Assembly (NCBI GenBank): GCA_045863235.1
Contig: BTUM01000035.1
Coordinates: 12,019-76,018 of the forward strand
DNA from: Candidatus Xenobia bacterium
GTDB lineage: Bacteria > Vulcanimicrobiota > Xenobia > Xenobiales > QWHO01
Length of the DNA: 64,000 nt
Reading direction: 5' to 3'
Of the stretch, positions 58,397 through 64,000 are shown piece by piece (the first letter of the stretch is position 1; the number at the start of each line of letters is the position of its first letter). Made by a program: the position numbers and the translations under genes. Below the pieces are notes generated by a model that was given only the letters and a program-made list of their open reading frames with translations, was not told where the DNA came from and made no database searches.

Positions 58397-59725
58397 TCAC
58401 TCCTTCTTATCGGAAGGAACGCCCCGGGTGAGCCATCGCCTTGCGAGCAGCAGGCCCAGCGGGGTGATGCAGGCGATGCAACCGTAGATGAACCACAGGG
58501 TGGACGGGTCGCGGGGGCCGTCCACCGGGATGTAGCGGTTGAGCATGTATCCTGAGTAGAGTCCGGTGGTGAACTTGGCCATGAACCAGGGGATGTTGGC
58601 CAGCCCCATGTAGGAACCCACCTTACCGGGCGGGGCCAGGTTGGCCACATACTCCAGGAAGCGCGAGGACCAGACCGCCTCGCCCAAAGAGAACACGGCC
58701 ACATAGAGCAACAGGAGCTGGAGTTGCGGCGGCGGTACAAGCATGAAGGTGGTGACGGCGCTCAGGGCGGTGCCGATCAACATCATGTTCAGAACCCGGG
58801 CATTGCGGGTCATGCTTGCGATCAGGGGCACGAAGATCACGATGATCAGCGGATTGAGCCCCGAGATCCACTCGAATTTGGAGTTGACCGACTCAGGGAA
58901 GCAGCGGAACACGTAGTCGGGCAGCGTCAGCCACTGGTGGGCAAAGAGCGTGCGCACGGGCAGCAAGATGAAGATGAAGAACATGAAGCGCGGGTCGAGG
59001 AATGGCGATTTGACCCGCACAGGCTGCTCGTGACCCGGATCGTCGGGGCGCTGCTCAAAAGGTTTGAGGTCGGCCGTGAAGGCCACCAGGTGGCAGAGCA
59101 GCACCAGTCCGGTCAGGGCGGTGCAGAACCAGAAGACCCCCGCGATACCCAGGCCGAGACCGTGGACGGCGGTGTCGCCGAACTTCAAAAAGACGTCGCT
59201 GGTGCGCACGAAAGGGGAGAAGAAGTTCTCCGCCACGATGCCCAGGTTCATGATGGAGTAGAGCAAGCTATAGCCGATCGTGGCGGTGCGCGCATCGGTA
59301 TATTCCTTGACCCCGGCATAGAGAGCCGGCTGGATCACCCCCGAGCCGACCGCCATCAGCACCAAAGCCGCCCAGGCGGCCAGGTGGCTGGCAGTCAGCT
59401 CGCTTGCTCCGCTCAGGAGGGCTCGCCCGAGCAGCAAGAGGAGCAGGGAGACGCTCAACGCCCGCCGCACCCCCAGTCGGTCGGAGACGAAGCCGCCGCC
59501 GATCATGGTCAGAGTCACCAGCCCCGTGAACACCGAGACGGCCACCCCCGCCTGCTGATCGCTGAACCCGAGCTCGGCTCCCAGGTAGCGCGTGAGCAGC
59601 GTCAGGATGCCGAAGTAGGCGATGCCATCCACGAAATTGACCAGGTTCACCAGCCAGAAAGCTCGCGAGGCTTTGAACAAAATCGCCAGAGATTGGCCCA
59701 GACCGAGGTCTTTGCTTTCTTGCAT
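58397..59725 (-). CDS. MFS transporter (POT/PTR-like)
   Basis: About 12 TM; GGFVSDRLG, YSIMNLG, SLGE...APPGKVGSYMG. Confidence 0.8.
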   Translation of the reverse strand: MQESKDLGLGQSLAILFKASRAFWLVNLVNFVDGIAYFGILTLLTRYLGAELGFSDQQAGVAVSVFTGLVTLTMIGGGFVSDRLGVRRALSVSLLLLLLGRALLSGASELTASHLAAWAALVLMAVGSGVIQPALYAGVKEYTDARTATIGYSLLYSIMNLGIVAENFFSPFVRTSDVFLKFGDTAVHGLGLGIAGVFWFCTALTGLVLLCHLVAFTADLKPFEQRPDDPGHEQPVRVKSPFLDPRFMFFIFILLPVRTLFAHQWLTLPDYVFRCFPESVNSKFEWISGLNPLIIVIFVPLIASMTRNARVLNMMLIGTALSAVTTFMLVPPPQLQLLLLYVAVFSLGEAVWSSRFLEYVANLAPPGKVGSYMGLANIPWFMAKFTTGLYSGYMLNRYIPVDGPRDPSTLWFIYGCIACITPLGLLLARRWLTRGVPSDKKE

Positions 59726-59819
59726 GCCCCGAGTGTGCCCTCAGTCGAGAAGGCGGTCGTGGGGGAGGGTGTTACAATTCCCCCAGGCGCGAAGGAAACC
59801 GTGTGCTGCTCGGAAACTG

Positions 59820-60536
59820 ATGGGAGTGAAGTACGCTGGCCCCTTCGCCCACGACTGCGGGCCCTGCCCTTATCTGCCCGAGCGTCGCTGGCGCACCCTG
59901 TCGCTGATCGTGGACGAGCTCGACCCGGAAGACCTCGAGCGCATGCTGGCTCAGGGCTTTCGTCGCTGCGCGCGCTCTTGCTACATCAATGCTTGCCGGG
60001 GCTGCCAGGAGTGCATTCCCATCCGCGTCCCGATCTCCACGTTTGAGATGAGCCGGTCGCAGCGCTCGGCCTGGAAGAAGAACCAGGACCTGACGGTGGA
60101 GGTGGTGGATGCTCGCTTCACCCGCGAAGCCTACGAGCTTTACGCTGAATACTGCCAGGACAAGTTCTCCAAGCCCCGGCCGGAAGAGGAAGACTTCACT
60201 GGCTTCCTGGTCGAGAACCTGGGCTGCACCAAGCATTTCGAGTACCGCCTGGAGGGTCGGTTGGTGGGGTTGGGCGTGGTGGATGTGACTCCGCGAGCAG
60301 CCAACTCGGTCTATTTTGCCTACGACGTGGCCTGCGGCGCACGCCGATTGGGAACGTTCAGCGCCCTCTACGAGCTCGATTGGTGCCGCCGCACCGGGCG
60401 TGACTACCTCTATCTCGGCTTTTACGTGCGTGACTGCCGGGCCATGCGCTACAAGTCGGCCTTCTCGCCCCATGAAATCCTGCGCCCCCAGGAAGGTTGG
60501 CGTCCTCCCCATCCAGGGGAGACCCCGCACGACTGA
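59820..60536 (+). CDS. bpt: ATE1-like aminoacyl-tRNA-protein transferase (Bpt-like)
   Basis: CPYL, GFRR, CxxCxPIR, SRSQR, LGTFSAL, YLYLGFY...MRYK. Confidence 0.85.
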   Translation: MGVKYAGPFAHDCGPCPYLPERRWRTLSLIVDELDPEDLERMLAQGFRRCARSCYINACRGCQECIPIRVPISTFEMSRSQRSAWKKNQDLTVEVVDARFTREAYELYAEYCQDKFSKPRPEEEDFTGFLVENLGCTKHFEYRLEGRLVGLGVVDVTPRAANSVYFAYDVACGARRLGTFSALYELDWCRRTGRDYLYLGFYVRDCRAMRYKSAFSPHEILRPQEGWRPPHPGETPHD

Positions 60537-60549
60537 CGAAGGGCTCTCC

Positions 60550-61821
60550 GTGAGAAAACTCGGTCTGGCTCTGGCAATGATGCTGCTGGCGGTGCTCTGG
60601 GTCCAGGCCCAGCCCGAGAAGGTCACCTTGACTTTCAATTACTTCGCCGATCCCAGCATGGAAGCCAACGTGCCTCTGGTGGCCGAGTTCGAGAGACGCT
60701 ACCCCCACATCAAGGTGTTGCATCGCACCCTGCCCGCCAACGTGGACATGATGCACGATAAGTACGTCACCTCGCTGGCCTCCGGGGATAGCTCCATGGA
60801 CGTCTTCGCCCTGGACATCATCTGGCCGGCCGAGTTCGCCAACGCCCGCTGGCTGCTGCCGCTGGACAATCTCGTCACGCCGGCCAAGCGAGCCACATTC
60901 ATCCCCAGCACCCTGCCGCCCGTGACCTGGAAGGGCAAACTGTATGCTCTGCCCTGGAACTGCAACGTGGGTACTTTCTTCTACCGGCTGGATTTGCTCG
61001 AGCAGGCCGGTCTGCCTCCGCCGGGCAACTGGAATCAGGTGGTGGAGAGCTCGATGGCGCTGCGCGAGCGCTATCCAGACCTCTTGCGCGAGCCGCTGGT
61101 CATGCAGGCGGGTCGCTACGAAGGTCTGGTCTGTGACTTCCTGGAGCTGTTGTGGGGCAACGGCGCAGAGGTCTTCGACGCCAACGGCAAGGTGGTGATC
61201 AACTCCCCCCAGGCGGTGGAGTCGCTGCAATACTTTTGCGACCTGATCGGACGCTGGAAGTTGACCCCTCGGGCGGTGACCTCCTATAAGGAAGACGATT
61301 CCTACGTGGCTTTCAGCCAGGGCAAGGCTCTTTATCACCGCTCCTGGCCTTACGTCGTCAAGACCGGGATCGAGCCCACCTCCAAGATCTACAAGAAGGT
61401 CGGCTTCACCCGAATCCCTGGGAAGAACGGCCCTGCTCATGGTTGTCTGGGCACATGGAATCTGGCCATCTCGGCCGGCACCCGTCACCCCCGCGAGGCT
61501 TATCTGCTGCTCGATTTCCTGACTTCCCCCTATGCCGAGAAGACGCACGCCCTCGAGAGCGGCCTCAATCCCAGCCTGAGCGCTCTTTATCGCGACCCCG
61601 ACCTGCTGGCCCAGCGGCCCTACCTGCCCGAATTTCTCACCCTGATCGAGACCGGCAAGCCCCGTCCGGTCACCCCGCTTTATCCCAAGGTGTCTCGCAT
61701 TCTGCAGATTCAAGTGCACAGGGCCCTGACGGGCGAGCTGACCCCTCAGCAAGCCCTGGACGAGGCGGCATGGAAGCTGGAAGAGTTGCGACGCCGGTAT
61801 CCAGGGGTGCCGCTGACTTGA
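60550..61821 (+). CDS. ABC transporter sugar-type substrate-binding protein
   Basis: Signal peptide, DIIWPAEFA, YEGLVC, LGTWNLAI, PRPVTPLY. Confidence 0.9.
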   Translation: MRKLGLALAMMLLAVLWVQAQPEKVTLTFNYFADPSMEANVPLVAEFERRYPHIKVLHRTLPANVDMMHDKYVTSLASGDSSMDVFALDIIWPAEFANARWLLPLDNLVTPAKRATFIPSTLPPVTWKGKLYALPWNCNVGTFFYRLDLLEQAGLPPPGNWNQVVESSMALRERYPDLLREPLVMQAGRYEGLVCDFLELLWGNGAEVFDANGKVVINSPQAVESLQYFCDLIGRWKLTPRAVTSYKEDDSYVAFSQGKALYHRSWPYVVKTGIEPTSKIYKKVGFTRIPGKNGPAHGCLGTWNLAISAGTRHPREAYLLLDFLTSPYAEKTHALESGLNPSLSALYRDPDLLAQRPYLPEFLTLIETGKPRPVTPLYPKVSRILQIQVHRALTGELTPQQALDEAAWKLEELRRRYPGVPLT

Positions 61822-61866
61822 GGACTTGAGTAGGATTCTGGCCGTCGGGTCGCTAACCTGGCTTGA

Positions 61867-62355
61867 ATGGCCGACTATGAACGCCTCTGGGCCCCCTGGC
61901 GCATGGGCTGGATCGCCGCCCCCAAGGATCCCGGCTGCTTTCTTTGCCGGATGACGGCGGAGGACGACGACGCTCGCAATTATCTGCTGGAGCGGGGCCA
62001 GCACTGTTTTGTCTGTCTGAACGGCTACCCCTACAACAACGGCCACCTCTTGATCTCGCCCTATCGCCATAATGGTGAGCTCGGCGCCGCAACGCCCGAG
62101 GAGCTGACCGAGATGATGCTGATGGCCCAGCGCTGGGCGGAGCACCTCAAGAAGGCCATCAACCCCTCCGGCTACAATCTGGGCATGAACGTGGGTGTGG
62201 CCGGGGGGGCGGGAGTGGCCGAGCACCTGCACCTGCACCTCTTGCCGCGCTGGGGAGGGGACCACAATTTCATGAGCGTCGTGGCTGACACCCGGGTCAT
62301 CAACCAGAGCCTCGAGGCCTGCTATCAGGCCCTCCGAGAGGCGGCCTCGTCATGA
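61867..62355 (+). CDS. HIT family hydrolase
   Basis: LWAPWR, CFLC, YPYNNGHL, HLHLHLLPRW. Confidence 0.92.
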   Translation: MADYERLWAPWRMGWIAAPKDPGCFLCRMTAEDDDARNYLLERGQHCFVCLNGYPYNNGHLLISPYRHNGELGAATPEELTEMMLMAQRWAEHLKKAINPSGYNLGMNVGVAGGAGVAEHLHLHLLPRWGGDHNFMSVVADTRVINQSLEACYQALREAASS

Positions 62356-64000
62356 TGAGCGCAGGCTGGTGGCGAGGGGTTCTCTGGCTCCTGCTGGTGG
62401 GGCTGGGGCTGTATGTCTTCACGCGCATTACCAGTACCCTGACCGTTTTCGGGCTGGGCTTCGTGATCGCATATCTCCTGAATTCCCCGGTGGAGAAGAT
62501 CACCGGCCAGAAGCTCGGGCCCATCAAGAGCCTGAGCCGGGGACAGGCCATCCTGGTTGTCTACCTTTTCCTGTTTGCCTTGTTGACAGGCGGAGGGTTC
62601 CTGATCATCCCGCTGGCTATCGAGCAGACCCAGGAGATGGTGCGCGAGGCCCCCGAGATGGTGGCCCGCATCCAGACCAAGGCTCTCGAGCTTCAGGAGC
62701 GCTACATCCACAGCGTTCCGCCCTCGGTACGCAGCAGCGTCGAATCGACCATCGCCGGCAGCGCCGACCGTTTCGGCTCCATGCTGGGCACGGTATTGAG
62801 CTTCCTGGCCTCAGCCGTGCTGGACCTGGTGGGCAAGATCTTCCTGCTGCTGACCGGCCTCCTGGTCGCGCTGTATTTCTTGTTGAACTGGCAGGGTCTC
62901 TTTGACGCCGCGCTGGGGCTGGTGCCGCGAAAATACAAGGATGATGCTCGCAGCCTGACCTTGCAGATGAACCGCATCTTCGGCGGCTACATCCGAGCCA
63001 CCATCGTGGCCAGCTCGGCTTGCGGGGTGCTGACCTTCGTTCTGCTCATGCTGCTGACCGGCTGGCATCCGAACCCCTACACCCTGTTGCTGGCTTTGCT
63101 GGCAGCGCTGACCTATCCCATTCCCGTCGTGGGTGCGGCGGGAACCTGCGTGCTGGGCGGGGTGCTGGCCTTTTTGTCCACCGGGGACCTGGGTTACGCG
63201 GTGGTGGTGCTGCTGGTCATCATGGGCGCCAATCAGGGGGTTGACCGCACCATCTATCCCAAGCTGATGGGAGACGCCATCGGGGTCTCGCCGATGTTCA
63301 TCCTGTTTGCCGCCTTTGCGGGCGGTGAGTTCCTGGGGACCACCGGAATGCTGCTGGGCATTCCGCTGGCGGCCATGACCAAGGCCCTGCTGACCTGGGT
63401 TCACGCGCGCTTCCTGGTGGTGCCGGAAGAGCAGCAGAAGCAAAGCACCGAAGAACTCTGGGCCCGGGCGCCCGCCAAGGCTGGCCAGGCTACCCCTGCT
63501 GCGAGGGAAGTCTGGGATGACGCTGCTTCACAGACCGTCAAGCCCGGTGGCTCGGCTGAAGCCACCACCTCCGCGAGCCAGCCCGCCAGCCGGGTTATCG
63601 AGCCGGTCGGCCAGGCGGGTGCAGCCAGCCCGGGCGCCGTCGAGCAAGCCGGCGCTGCAGCCCCGGCGAGCGCAGCCGTCCTGAGCGTCGAGCAAGCCGG
63701 TCAGGCGCGCGCGCCCGTCGAGCAGGCCGGCACCGCAGCCCCGGCGAGCGCAGCTGTCCTGAGCGTCGAGCAAGCCGGCCAGGCGGGCGCAGCCGTCGAG
63801 CAGGCCGGCACCGCAGCCCCGGCGGGCGCAGCCGGCCCGACCACCGTCGAGCAGGTCGGCACGGCAGCCCCGGCGAGCGCAGCCGGCCCGAGCGCCGTCG
63901 AGCAGGCCGGCACCGCAGTTCCGGCGGGCGCAGCCGGCCCGAGCACCGTCGAGCAGGCCGGCACCGCTGCCCCGGCGGGCTCAGCCGGCCCGGGCGCCGT
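62352..64000 (+). CDS. AI-2E (PerM/YhhT) family membrane protein with long Ala-rich repeat tail (3' truncated)
   Basis: Not in the ORF track (no stop before the edge). Manual translation: IAYLLNSPV, FGGYIRA, YPIPVVG, IYPKLMGDAIG, GMLLGIPLAA. Confidence 0.82.
   Translation, partial: MMSAGWWRGVLWLLLVGLGLYVFTRITSTLTVFGLGFVIAYLLNSPVEKITGQKLGPIKSLSRGQAILVVYLFLFALLTGGGFLIIPLAIEQTQEMVREAPEMVARIQTKALELQERYIHSVPPSVRSSVESTIAGSADRFGSMLGTVLSFLASAVLDLVGKIFLLLTGLLVALYFLLNWQGLFDAALGLVPRKYKDDARSLTLQMNRIFGGYIRATIVASSACGVLTFVLLMLLTGWHPNPYTLLLALLAALTYPIPVVGAAGTCVLGGVLAFLSTGDLGYAVVVLLVIMGANQGVDRTIYPKLMGDAIGVSPMFILFAAFAGGEFLGTTGMLLGIPLAAMTKALLTWVHARFLVVPEEQQKQSTEELWARAPAKAGQATPAAREVWDDAASQTVKPGGSAEATTSASQPASRVIEPVGQAGAASPGAVEQAGAAAPASAAVLSVEQAGQARAPVEQAGTAAPASAAVLSVEQAGQAGAAVEQAGTAAPAGAAGPTTVEQVGTAAPASAAGPSAVEQAGTAVPAGAAGPSTVEQAGTAAPAGSAGPGA
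63635..64000 (+). repeat. Intragenic tandem repeat, VEQAGTAAPAGAAGPST-type (51-bp units)
   Basis: Recurrent GTCGAGCA(G/A)GCCGG core, in frame with the AI-2E gene. Confidence 0.85.

Overview
GC-rich bacterial chromosomal segment, densely coding (about 50 genes). I recognised no rRNA, tRNA, CRISPR array, transposase or integrase. Main content: (1) four separate PilV/PilW/PilX-like minor-pilin sets in the first 29 kb. Two are clear paralogous X-V-W cassettes whose PilX-like proteins differ in a swapped central segment; another sits behind a PEGA-Ser/Thr kinase and a GAF-PilC fusion. (2) Dispersed purine-catabolism-type genes: xdhA/C/B, mocA, ssnA, carbamate kinase. (3) A c-di-GMP neighbourhood at 44-55 kb: tandem PilZ, degenerate HD-GYP with repeats, two GGDEF proteins, a single PilZ. 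(4) An unannotated island at 54.85-57.05 kb: an RHH-like gene with a triple palindromic operator, two small Cys-rich ORFs, a structured 5' leader, and a candidate ~280-nt structured ncRNA with its own promoter and terminator. (5) Housekeeping genes: AK-HSDH fusion, ftsY, glyA, tgt, bpt-like. (6) A ~100-bp structured non-coding element present twice, 33 kb apart. All calls come from reading motifs by eye; no database search or folding program was run. Several starts were moved from the ORF track using RBS, overlap and -10 evidence.
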